Positions 25,107-32,306 of a stretch of 64,000 nt of DNA are shown here, one piece after another. The translations under genes and the position numbers were made by a program. Each line of letters begins with the position of its first letter. Position 1 is the first letter of the stretch. The stretch is taken from NCBI GenBank assembly GCA_020148145.1, contig JAHCRE010000011.1, forward strand, positions 3,360 through 67,359, written 5' to 3'. The notes beneath the pieces were generated by a model. It had not been told where the DNA came from. It searched no databases and saw nothing but the letters and a program-made list of their open reading frames with translations. This DNA comes from Patescibacteria group bacterium. Lineage in GTDB: Bacteria > Patescibacteriota > Minisyncoccia > Minisyncoccales > JAHCRE01.

Positions 25107-26227
25107 AAATACTTTTCACTGGTGGAGGCACCGGTGGTCATGTTTTTCCAATAATTGCAATTTGTAGAGAACTAAGAAGAATTTATCCAAAGAAAGATCT
25201 CCAACTCTTTTATACGGGTCCAAAAGATGAATTTGGGGCAATTTTACTTTCCCATGAAGGAATAAAAGTTAAAACAATTTTGGCTGGGAAAATTAGAAGA
25301 TACTTAGGAATAAAAAGTTTCTTTTTAAACTTTATTGATCTTTTCTTCAAAACTCCAATAGGAATTATTCAGGCATTTTTCTCCAACTTCTTTTTAAACC
25401 CTGACTTAATATTTAGCAAAGGGGGGTTTGGTTCAATTCCGGTAGTAATTTCTGGCACGATTTTGCAAATTCCAATTTTTTTACATGAATCAGATATTTC
25501 ACCGGGCCTAGCTAATAGATCTTTAAGTAGATTTGCTCTAGAAATCTTTATCTCTTTTCCTAGAACCGAATATTTTTCTCCAAAAAGAATGATTTTGGTT
25601 GGCAATCCAATTAGAAAAGAAATTTTGGAAGGAGAAAAAGAGAAAGCAAAAGAGATTTTTAGATTAAGTTATGATCGACCTATAATTTTAATTTTGGGGG
25701 GTTCCCAGGGGGCTCAAAGAATCAACGATGTCATACTTTTGATTTTGCCAGAAATCCTTAAAAATTTTGAGTTAATTCATCAGTGTGGAGAGCGAAATTT
25801 TAAAGCGGTGGAAGCCCAGGTAAATGCTATAATTTCTGAGAGATCAAGAAAATACTATAATCTTTTCCCATTTTTGAAAGAGGAAGAATTAAAACAGGCT
25901 TACAAAGTTTCTGATTTAATTGTTAGTCGGGCAGGGTCAGGAAGTATTTTTGAGATTGCAGCTTTAGGTAAACCAAGCATTTTAATTCCCCTTTCTGAAG
26001 CTGCCCAGAATCATCAGTTAAAAAATGCCTATTGCTTCGCTCAAAATAAGGCCTGCCTTGTAATGGAGGAGATAAATTTCACTCCCCATTTTTTCTTAGA
26101 AAGAATAAAATATCTATTTTCTCATCCCCAGGAAATGGAGATTATGAAAAGCCGAGCCAAAGAGTTTTCTAAACCCCGAGCAGCTAGAATAATTGCTGAA
26201 TATATTTCAGAATATTTAAGCCAATAA
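25103..26227 (+). CDS. murG: undecaprenyldiphospho-muramoylpentapeptide beta-N-acetylglucosaminyltransferase
   Basis: GGGTGGHVFP, GGSQGA, RAGSGSIFE. Confidence 0.9.
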   Translation: MKILFTGGGTGGHVFPIIAICRELRRIYPKKDLQLFYTGPKDEFGAILLSHEGIKVKTILAGKIRRYLGIKSFFLNFIDLFFKTPIGIIQAFFSNFFLNPDLIFSKGGFGSIPVVISGTILQIPIFLHESDISPGLANRSLSRFALEIFISFPRTEYFSPKRMILVGNPIRKEILEGEKEKAKEIFRLSYDRPIILILGGSQGAQRINDVILLILPEILKNFELIHQCGERNFKAVEAQVNAIISERSRKYYNLFPFLKEEELKQAYKVSDLIVSRAGSGSIFEIAALGKPSILIPLSEAAQNHQLKNAYCFAQNKACLVMEEINFTPHFFLERIKYLFSHPQEMEIMKSRAKEFSKPRAARIIAEYISEYLSQ

Positions 26228-26252
26228 AAATTTTGATAGACTAAAATAGAAA

Positions 26253-27869
26253 ATGGAAACCTCTGATTTTAAATTTATTAAACCGGGAGAAATTCGAACA
26301 AGAATAGCTCCTGCCCCTACTGGTTTTCTACATATTGGTACAGCCAGAACTGCTCTTTTTAATTATCTCTTTGCTAAAAAAAACCAGGGCGTTTTTATTT
26401 TAAGAATTGAGGACACTGACATTGAAAGATGCAAAACCGAATATGAAAAAGATATTATGGAGAGTTTAAAATGGCTAGGAATTGAGTGGGATGAAGGACC
26501 AACAGAAAATAAAAAATATATTAGGGATTATGGACCCTATAGACAAAGTGAAAGATCAGAGATTTACAGAAAATACCTGGAAAAATTATTAGATGAGGGT
26601 ATGGCTTATCGTTGTTTTTGTTCAAAAGAGGAGTTAGAAGCCCAGAGGCAGTATCAAATGTCAATTGGTGAACCTCCGCGCTATTCTGGAAAATGCTCCC
26701 AGCTTTCTTCAGAGGAAATAAAAAAATATTTAGCTGAGAGGAAAAAATCGGTCATTAGATTCAAGATGCCCTCAAAAAAGGTAGTTTTTGAAGATATGAT
26801 CAGGGGACGTGTAGAATTTGATTCTGGCCTAATTGGAAATATTGTCATTGCCAAAGACCTTTTTACTCCTCTTTATAATTTTGCCTGTGTCATTGATGAT
26901 TTTGAAATGAAGGTATCTCATGTAATAAGAGGGGAAGACCATCTTCCTAACACTCCCAAGCAAATTCTAATCCAAAAGGCCTTGGGCTTCCCTCAGCCCA
27001 AGTATGCTCATTTACCTTTGATTTTAGGCCCAGACAGGACTAAATTAAGTAAAAGACATGGTGCAGTTGCTATCGCAGAATTTAAAAAAGCCGGCTATTT
27101 ACCCGAGGCTTTAATTAATTTTATGGCCTTTTTGGGGTGGAATCCCGGAGGGAAAAGAGAAATTTATTCCCCGGCTTCTCTAATAAAAGAGTTTTCAATG
27201 GAAAGGGTCCAAAAAGGAGGGGCAGTTTTTAATACTAAGAGGTTAGATTTTTTAAATGGATTCTATATTCGCCAAAGATCGATTGAGAAACTAACTGAGC
27301 TTTGTCTACCTTATCTAATTGAAGCAAGATTGATTGAGGAGTTAGAACAAAGTCCTGGCGATAGAAAAATATTAGGGTTTTTTAAAACTAAGGGAAAAAA
27401 GTTTAAAATTAAAGAAACAGGAGAGATTATAGATTTAGATTATTTAAAAAAAATTGTTTCAATATATCAAGAAAGATTAAAAAAATTATCTGAAATTTCA
27501 GAATTAACTGATTTTTTCTTTAAAGAAAAATTGGGATATGATAAGAATCTTTTGAAATGGACGCTACCCTTCCGTCATCCTCTGACAGAGCAAACTCCTG
27601 AGATGATAAATAAAGAAGTCAGAGTTTGTCTTGATAGATTAAGAAAGATATTGTCTAAAATAAGAGGGGGGAATTGGAATAAAGAAAATTTAGAAAGGTT
27701 TTTAATGCCAGAAGCCGTGAAAATAGGGGATAAGGGAAAGATTTTATGGCCTTTTAGGGTTGCCTTGACTGGCAAAGAAGCTTCGGCCGGACCTTTTGAA
27801 ATTGCTGAGATTTTGGGGAGGGAGAAAGTCTTAAAAAGAATAAAAGAGGCCAGAGAATTAGTAAAATAA
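26253..27869 (+). CDS. gltX: glutamate-tRNA ligase
   Basis: RIAPAPTGFLHIGTART (HIGH), KLSKRHG (KMSKS). Confidence 0.9.
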   Translation: METSDFKFIKPGEIRTRIAPAPTGFLHIGTARTALFNYLFAKKNQGVFILRIEDTDIERCKTEYEKDIMESLKWLGIEWDEGPTENKKYIRDYGPYRQSERSEIYRKYLEKLLDEGMAYRCFCSKEELEAQRQYQMSIGEPPRYSGKCSQLSSEEIKKYLAERKKSVIRFKMPSKKVVFEDMIRGRVEFDSGLIGNIVIAKDLFTPLYNFACVIDDFEMKVSHVIRGEDHLPNTPKQILIQKALGFPQPKYAHLPLILGPDRTKLSKRHGAVAIAEFKKAGYLPEALINFMAFLGWNPGGKREIYSPASLIKEFSMERVQKGGAVFNTKRLDFLNGFYIRQRSIEKLTELCLPYLIEARLIEELEQSPGDRKILGFFKTKGKKFKIKETGEIIDLDYLKKIVSIYQERLKKLSEISELTDFFFKEKLGYDKNLLKWTLPFRHPLTEQTPEMINKEVRVCLDRLRKILSKIRGGNWNKENLERFLMPEAVKIGDKGKILWPFRVALTGKEASAGPFEIAEILGREKVLKRIKEARELVK

Positions 27870-28143
27870 CCAGAAAATTGGTGAAATAAAAAAGGCCAGT
27901 TCTTTTAACAGAATCTGGCTTTACAAAAAAGTTTATTGGGCTTCTGGTTCTTCTAAGATCTCTAAGCCTTCCTAGTTGCTCTAAGTCCCTTAAGACTCCC
28001 TGAGTCTTCTTGGTTCTTCTAAGATCTCTAAGCCTTCCTATGTTTTCTAAGATCTCTAAGACTCCTTGAGTCTTCTTGGTTCTTCTAATATATCTAAGTC
28101 TTCCTATATTTTCTAAAGTCTCTAAAACCCCTTTTCCTGTCAC
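27754..28143 (-). CDS. doubtful ORF translating the 66-bp repeats as 22-aa repeats (GVLExLENIGRLRxxRRTKKTQ)
   Basis: GGAGG 8 nt upstream of GTG 28143, but the 3' third is antisense to the gltX end. Confidence 0.3.
   Translation of the reverse strand: MTGKGVLETLENIGRLRYIRRTKKTQGVLEILENIGRLRDLRRTKKTQGVLRDLEQLGRLRDLRRTRSPINFFVKPDSVKRTGLFYFTNFLVILLILWPLLFFLRLSPSPKSQQFQKVRPKLLCQSRQP
27944..28143. repeat. 3 x 66-bp tandem repeat
   Basis: units 27944-28010, 28011-28076, 28077-28143; each carries several (T)CTAAG motifs. Confidence 0.85.
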
Positions 28144-28180
28144 TTTTTTCACCTCCAAAGAGCTATTTATTTAGCAGACT

Positions 28181-28525
28181 ATGTCCGCTAAACATAATCT
28201 ATTATATAAAATTGTAATAATCTTGTCAATGGCTAGTTTAATTTTGCCTATTTTCTCATTGGCCAGGGAAACTGAGGACGTAAAAGTTGTAGTAACGCAT
28301 GAAAAACCAATAGGGGAAAGGCTTGATGATTTACTTCAGGGTTTAAAGCAGGGTTTAATAGGGGCTTGGCAGGAAGCTTTGGGAATCTGGAAAAAAATGT
28401 TAGATGGGGTGAAAAATCTCTGGGAGCAAAAAATCTGGTCCTTTTTCTTTAGAAAAATAGAAGAAGGAATACAAAAAATTGGAAACGTTATTTTAGAAAA
28501 ATTCAGAGCATTATTAAATAGATAA
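28181..28525 (+). CDS. hypothetical signal-anchored protein (114 aa)
   Basis: N-terminal hydrophobic segment; no known motif. Confidence 0.55.
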   Translation: MSAKHNLLYKIVIILSMASLILPIFSLARETEDVKVVVTHEKPIGERLDDLLQGLKQGLIGAWQEALGIWKKMLDGVKNLWEQKIWSFFFRKIEEGIQKIGNVILEKFRALLNR

Positions 28526-28540
28526 TACTAGGATAGAATA

Positions 28541-28618
28541 ATATTGTGCGACATTTAATTAGCGGGCATAACCGTTAGGCCTGCCTGCCGCGGGCAGGGT
28601 AGGGGACTAACGGTTTTT
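28541..28618 (+). terminator. conserved 3' module: ATATTGTGCGACATTTA motif plus AACCGTTAG..CTAACGGTTTTT hairpin (GC insertion in the loop)
   Basis: same module at 42184-42244 (-); related module with the motif inverted at 40011-40070. Confidence 0.65.
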
Positions 28619-28636
28619 GTTTGCCTCGGCTTGCTA

Positions 28637-28664
28637 TTGACAAATTTTGTATATTTGCTATAAT
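28637..28664 (+). promoter_or_regulatory. consensus promoter TTGACA-N16-(TGC)TATAAT driving cassette array 1
   Basis: GCTATTGACAAATTTTGTATATTTGCTATAAT. Confidence 0.65.
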
Positions 28665-28680
28665 TAAAATATAAAGTGAA

Positions 28681-28776
28681 ATAGTTCTTTAAAATAAAAT
28701 ATGGGGAAGGGAAGAATTTCATCTCCCGCAGAGAGGAAATCAAAAACTGGTTTTTTGCCTGCGGGAGAGTGAAAAA
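28681..28776 (+). promoter_or_regulatory. structured 5' leader A (ATAGTTCTTTAAAA, G-box, hairpin, SD)
   Basis: GGGGAAGGGAAGAA 28703-28716; stem CTCCCGCAG 28723-28731 / CTGCGGGAG 28759-28767. Confidence 0.6.
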
Positions 28777-28989
28777 ATGAAGAGAAAAATGTGGGAGAAA
28801 ATACTGAGATACTTCGCTGTGGGAGGAGTCTTTGTAATTATCATACTAGCAAGCGCGGGGGTGATAGTGTTTCTAATAGCATTCTCAGGCCTTGGTCTAG
28901 CGTCTCTACCGTTAGTAGCATGCTTTATCTGTATATTTGCATTCTTCCTACAGGAAAAAGGGATAAAAGCGATACTCGAGTTATTGTGA
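28777..28989 (+). CDS. small 2-TM membrane protein (70 aa), cassette 1
   Basis: two long hydrophobic segments; follows leader A. Confidence 0.6.
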   Translation: MKRKMWEKILRYFAVGGVFVIIILASAGVIVFLIAFSGLGLASLPLVACFICIFAFFLQEKGIKAILELL

Positions 28990-28993
28990 GCAA

Positions 28994-29060
28994 TTCTCCT
29001 TTCCCCTCTTTTTTCGAGCCCGCAAATAGTTGTGGATTCGAAAAAGGAGTTAGTTCTTTA
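28994..29060 (+). repeat. cassette junction J1: C-box plus CTCTTTTTTCGAGC..GAAAAAAGGAG hairpin
   Basis: TTCTCCTTTCCCCTCTTTTTTCGAGCCCGCAAATAGTTGTGGATTCGAAAAAAGGAGTTAGTTC; copies at 29654, 47151(-) and 46381(-). Confidence 0.75.
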
Positions 29061-29148
29061 AAATCAAATATGGGGAAGGGAGAGAATTTATCTCTCGCAG
29101 AGAGGGAGTTAATAAAAATAGCTTCTTGCCTGCGGGAGATGAAAAGAG
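29061..29148 (+). promoter_or_regulatory. structured leader B
   Basis: GGGGAAGGGAGAGA 29072-29085; stem TCTCTCGCAG 29091-29100 / CTGCGGGAGA 29130-29139. Confidence 0.55.
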
Positions 29149-29190
29149 TTGCGGAGGAAAACGGTTGGGAGAAGTAATTTTCTCGGATTC

Positions 29191-29640
29191 ATGATTCGCG
29201 ATAAACGGGAAAGGAAAGTAAGAAGTAAACATTATAGGAAAGGGAAGATAATACTCCTCGGAATACAAGTGGGTATCATTATTATCATCGGGGGTTCCTT
29301 GCTTGATTTAGCGATTATCAGAATTATAAGTGGATTATGGTTTTTAACATTTTTAACACTAACTGCTTTTGTTTTTTTACTATTTTCAAACTGGTTAATT
29401 TATAGTTTGCTGGCCCCTATGCCTTATATTGGCAGGAGTTTCAAAGAATGGCACGCGACAGAGCATAAACTCATATACCTGCTAGAAAATGGTGAAAGAT
29501 TGACATTAGAAAATCTAAGAGCAGCACCATCGCGTAATCGTAGATGCGCAAGCAGAAACATGTGGCTAAAGGAACCTTCGGACGATAAACTAGAAGAAGC
29601 CTTTAGGGTAGGCCGTGAATATCTCAATCTGTTTACTTGA
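29191..29640 (+). CDS. membrane protein with DUF1385-like motifs, cassette 2 (alternative TTG start 29149)
   Basis: 3 TM segments, then WHATEHKLI..LTLENL..RRCAS, resembling the GAEHK/RCGT motifs of DUF1385 (from memory). Confidence 0.55.
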   Translation: MIRDKRERKVRSKHYRKGKIILLGIQVGIIIIIGGSLLDLAIIRIISGLWFLTFLTLTAFVFLLFSNWLIYSLLAPMPYIGRSFKEWHATEHKLIYLLENGERLTLENLRAAPSRNRRCASRNMWLKEPSDDKLEEAFRVGREYLNLFT

Positions 29641-29653
29641 CGAATTTAAAAAA

Positions 29654-29720
29654 TCTCCACTTTCCCTCTTTTTTCGAGCTCATAAACCTTGTGGGCTGAA
29701 AAAAGGAATTGTTCTTTTAA
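29654..29720 (+). repeat. cassette junction J2
   Basis: TCTCCACTTTCCCTCTTTTTTCGAGCTCATAAACCTTGTGGGCTGAAAAAAGGAATTGTTC. Confidence 0.75.
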
Positions 29721-29726
29721 AAATAT

Positions 29727-29810
29727 AAAAAAGGGGAAGTTCACGTAGGTGAATTGTCTATCAAAATTTGGTAAATAGCTCACCTACGTGAAAGGAGGTG
29801 AAAATCAAGT
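29727..29810 (+). promoter_or_regulatory. structured leader C (subtype 2)
   Basis: perfect 13-bp stem TTCACGTAGGTGA 29740-29752 / TCACCTACGTGAA 29780-29792; conserved loop AATTGTCTATCAA..GGTAAATAGCTC; SD AGGAGGTG. Confidence 0.65.
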
Positions 29811-30455
29811 ATGAGTGCAAGTGTAACAAGTAAGAAAAGTGAGACAAGTGAAACGAGAGAAGAAGAACAAGTGAGGCAAGTGAGAAAGGCGTTTGAGAAA
29901 ATGCTCGCAAGTTTTATGTTCGAAGTTAAAAAGAAAGATAAGGTTGATGATATAAGGAAGATGATAAAAACTTTCATTGAGGCTGGAATTCTCCAAGAAC
30001 GAGCAGAACGAGCGCAAATATCCTTTGACATTCGAAAAGGAATCGCTTCTGTCAGTCTTCTTTCCTACGAGAAATATTTTACTAAGCTGTGGAAAGATAC
30101 GTTAGAAAAAATGTCTAAATGGTTCGAGGCCACAATAAAGAGAGAAGCAAAGGCTTTGGGGTTCAATTTTAATTGGCGAGAAGTCGATGGATTCTTTCTT
30201 GACATTCGTACGTCTGACGAAAAAGAAGATCACGAATATGCGAGAGCAACATTATACCGTCCTGAGGCATTTAAGGAAGCACAAAAGATAATGCACTATA
30301 CCCACACGAAGCTAAATGAGTTAGGATTTTCTGCGCAAATCATCAAGGTCGTTACTCCTGGAAAAGTTTACACCATCGATGCATTAAAATACATTGTCCG
30401 AAACATCACTGCCGTCGCTTACTTAAGAACGGGAGTCGAAATTCGTTCCCTCTAA
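29811..30455 (+). CDS. hypothetical protein (214 aa), cassette 3
   Basis: strong SD; no known motif. Confidence 0.65.
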   Translation: MSASVTSKKSETSETREEEQVRQVRKAFEKMLASFMFEVKKKDKVDDIRKMIKTFIEAGILQERAERAQISFDIRKGIASVSLLSYEKYFTKLWKDTLEKMSKWFEATIKREAKALGFNFNWREVDGFFLDIRTSDEKEDHEYARATLYRPEAFKEAQKIMHYTHTKLNELGFSAQIIKVVTPGKVYTIDALKYIVRNITAVAYLRTGVEIRSL

Positions 30456-30506
30456 TACAGAATCTTTAGATTTCTCCTACTTCCCCTTTTTCTTTCTATT
30501 CAAAAA

Positions 30507-30527
30507 GCCCGTTGCTGGGCAGTTTTT
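30507..30527 (+). terminator. rho-independent terminator ending array 1
   Basis: GCCCGTTGCTGGGC + TTTTT. Confidence 0.6.
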
Positions 30528-30545
30528 ATTTTGCTCGGTACGCTA

Positions 30546-30575
30546 TTGACAAAGAAAAATTTAGTGTGCTATAAT
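30546..30575 (+). promoter_or_regulatory. consensus promoter TTGACA-N18-(TGC)TATAAT
   Basis: CGCTATTGACAAAG..GTGTGCTATAAT. Confidence 0.6.
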
Positions 30576-30604
30576 ATAAACACAAATTAAGGAGGGATAG
30601 ATGA

Positions 30605-30958
30605 ATGCTGTTTGTTTGGGTAAGGATAACGCTTCAAGAAGTATCTAAACATGTAGCGGTGATAAAGGAGCTCATTGACAATCTACCAGGAATAGTAGCA
30701 GAAGCATTGAGCGTACCAGGTACTGATGGGGAATTGACTTCAGATGAGATAGAAGTAAAATTCGAAACCTTTGGGCCGTTCGATGTTCATAGCAAAGACA
30801 TAGAAATCATAATCTTGGCTAACGATTACCCGGAAAGAAAGAAAAATCTTGACGAAAGACAAACGCTTATCAAAGAAGGGGTGAAAAGAATCCTGTATTC
30901 CGGCATTACCGGTTTCGTCTGGGTACTTCCGTTGCCAGGTTCTTTCGGAGAATTCTAG
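30605..30958 (+). CDS. hypothetical protein (117 aa)
   Basis: SD AAGGAGGG; no confident family. Confidence 0.55.
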   Translation: MLFVWVRITLQEVSKHVAVIKELIDNLPGIVAEALSVPGTDGELTSDEIEVKFETFGPFDVHSKDIEIIILANDYPERKKNLDERQTLIKEGVKRILYSGITGFVWVLPLPGSFGEF

Positions 30959-30967
30959 CCAAAATCG

Positions 30968-31252
30968 GTGATGGAAATGAGAGTCAGCCTCAAGGTTGTA
31001 AATATTGAAGATGGGCTAGAGAAAGCTAGAGTTGCCAAGATTCACCTTTTCAAAGAAGGGGACAATGATGAAAAGTTCGCTGAAGCCGAAAGAATAGTCA
31101 GGGAAATCTTTGGTGATATACGAGAAGGGGTAGAATTTGTAGCCAAGGGTGAGAAGACTACTGAGATTCATATCCGTCCGAACGCTCGTTTCCTTGAGAA
31201 ATTCAGAGAAGCAAACCGAAGAATCAGAGAGATTTTCTTTCATAAAGCGTAG
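30968..31252 (+). CDS. hypothetical protein (94 aa)
   Basis: co-directional, 9 nt after the previous stop; followed by a GGGGCTTTCC..GGATTGACCCC terminator. Confidence 0.5.
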   Translation: MMEMRVSLKVVNIEDGLEKARVAKIHLFKEGDNDEKFAEAERIVREIFGDIREGVEFVAKGEKTTEIHIRPNARFLEKFREANRRIREIFFHKA

Positions 31253-31351
31253 AAGTATAAAAAACTACGAATTTCCATTAAGGGGCTTTCCAAAAAGGAT
31301 TGACCCCATTTTTTATTCTTAGGGTAAGGAACTGGCGGTTTTTTGATAATA

Positions 31352-31381
31352 TTGACAAAGGGAAAATTAATATATTATAAT
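31352..31381 (+). promoter_or_regulatory. consensus promoter TTGACA-N18-TATAAT
   Basis: ATATTGACAAAGGGAAAATTAATATATTATAAT. Confidence 0.6.
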
Positions 31382-31411
31382 GAAATATCAACTGAATATG
31401 GAGGGAAAGAA

Positions 31412-31762
31412 ATGGAAATTAAAGAGAATGTACTTGTGGCGGTTAGTTCTCCAAAGCATACTTTAGGAAAAGTAGTGAGCAGAGAGGAAAAAGAAGGTGT
31501 CTGGATAGTTGACTGTTGTTCCCCTGTCGGACTTATTAAGGTCTCCGAGAACTTTCTGATACCGATTATTGAACTCCCTGAATCAGATCAAAAACTTAAC
31601 CCTGAAGAGCTTGCCCGAAAATGTAGCCCCAGTATTTTAGCCTATCTCTTTGTCGAAAGACAAACAACCTGGGGTTCCATCGGTTCACTGCATAAGGATC
31701 TCGAAAAGCTTTACGACTCTGTAAGAAAAATACAAGAAGGACTTAAACAAGCAGTAAAATAA
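31412..31762 (+). CDS. small protein, CCSPxG family, paralog 2 (start moved downstream of the promoter)
   Basis: WIVDCCSPVG, ELPESDQKL; SD GGAGGGAAAG; the track start 31343 lies upstream of the -35. Confidence 0.6.
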   Translation: MEIKENVLVAVSSPKHTLGKVVSREEKEGVWIVDCCSPVGLIKVSENFLIPIIELPESDQKLNPEELARKCSPSILAYLFVERQTTWGSIGSLHKDLEKLYDSVRKIQEGLKQAVK

Positions 31763-31912
31763 CCAACCGTCCTGAAATTTCCAGCAAGGGGTTATCCAAA
31801 AAGGATTGACCCCGTTTTTTATTTTAACTCCCTCCAAACAGGTTCTAACATTGTCTTGCAACATGTGTTGTTAGGCCGAGCGTCTCACAAGACATATTAA
31901 GCGACATTTCTT

Positions 31913-32003
31913 TTGATTTTTTGATTTTTTAATCAAATTTTTGACTACTTTTATCTTAAATCGAAGCGCTTCACTTTGAAAAAAATCAAATTTAATCAAA
32001 TTT
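31913..32003. repeat. iteron-like short repeats (TTGATTTTT / AATCAAATTT)
   Basis: TTGATTTTTTGATTTTTT, then AATCAAATTT at 31931, 31984 and 31994 in the opposite orientation. Confidence 0.55.
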
Positions 32004-32069
32004 TTTCAAAAAGTCGATTGCATACCCTGGGATGCAAGGGGTAATATTTATCAACATTTTATTTTGATC

Positions 32070-32118
32070 TTGACAAAAATTGACAAAATTTGACAGGGAG
32101 TAATTTAAAACTTAAAAT
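32070..32118 (+). promoter_or_regulatory. three TTGACA boxes phased at 10 bp, the last with TAAAAT at 17-nt spacing
   Basis: TTGACA at 32070, 32080 and 32090; TAAAAT 32113-32118; 8 nt upstream of the xis-like ATG. Confidence 0.55.
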
Positions 32119-32126
32119 AAAACAAC

Positions 32127-32306
32127 ATGGATCATCTTTTAACCATTAAAGAGGTTGCTAAATATCTCAAGGTCAGCGAGAGGTCTATTTTGCGTTATAT
32201 TGAATCTGGTCGACTTAGAGCTTCTAAGATCGGCCAATGGCGTATCAAGAAAGGGGATTTAGAAAAATTTTTAAAAGAAAACTCAAATGTCAAAAAGAAA
32301 ATTTAA
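32127..32306 (+). CDS. excisionase-family helix-turn-helix DNA-binding protein (59 aa, below the track cutoff)
   Basis: LLTIKEVAKYLKVSERSILRYIESGRLRASKIGQWRIKKGDLEKFL; overlaps the MTase start by 20 nt. Confidence 0.7.
   Translation: MDHLLTIKEVAKYLKVSERSILRYIESGRLRASKIGQWRIKKGDLEKFLKENSNVKKKI

Noticed and set aside
27944-28143. Possible CRISPR array
   Set aside because: The 66-bp units are directly contiguous with no unique spacers, and no cas genes are in the window. It is a plain tandem repeat.
28701-28770. Leader peptide (uORF MGKGRISSPAERKSKTGFLPAGE) as the basis of the conserved leader
   Set aside because: The ATG is present only in leaders A, B and D. The reading frames end after 23, 35 and 6 codons. 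Leaders C and E lack the ATG. Conservation is at the nucleotide and structure level.
28791-29177. 128-aa ORF from the track
   Set aside because: It overlaps the better-supported 28777-28989 membrane ORF in another frame. It also reads straight through the junction J1 and leader B repeats.
28637-30527. Integron cassette array with attC sites
   Set aside because: The cassettes have their own promoter, leaders and SDs. The junctions are conserved in primary sequence and lack the R''-L''/L'-R' attC architecture. The only recombinase (40826-41782) is 10 kb away, co-directional and Xer-like in length. A GTTAGGC-like core at 28574 is inside a terminator hairpin.
31838-31858. AAACAGGTTCTAACAT shared with 201-216 as att sites of a 31-kb element
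   Set aside because: The interval contains essential core genes (aspS, mraY, murD, ftsW, murG, gltX). The 16-mer more likely belongs to a dispersed repeat flank.
31897-31906. TTAAGCGACA direct repeat (also at 40710) as attL/attR of the island
   Set aside because: A 10-mer match is expected by chance many times in 64 kb of AT-rich sequence, and the integrase gene would lie outside the repeats.
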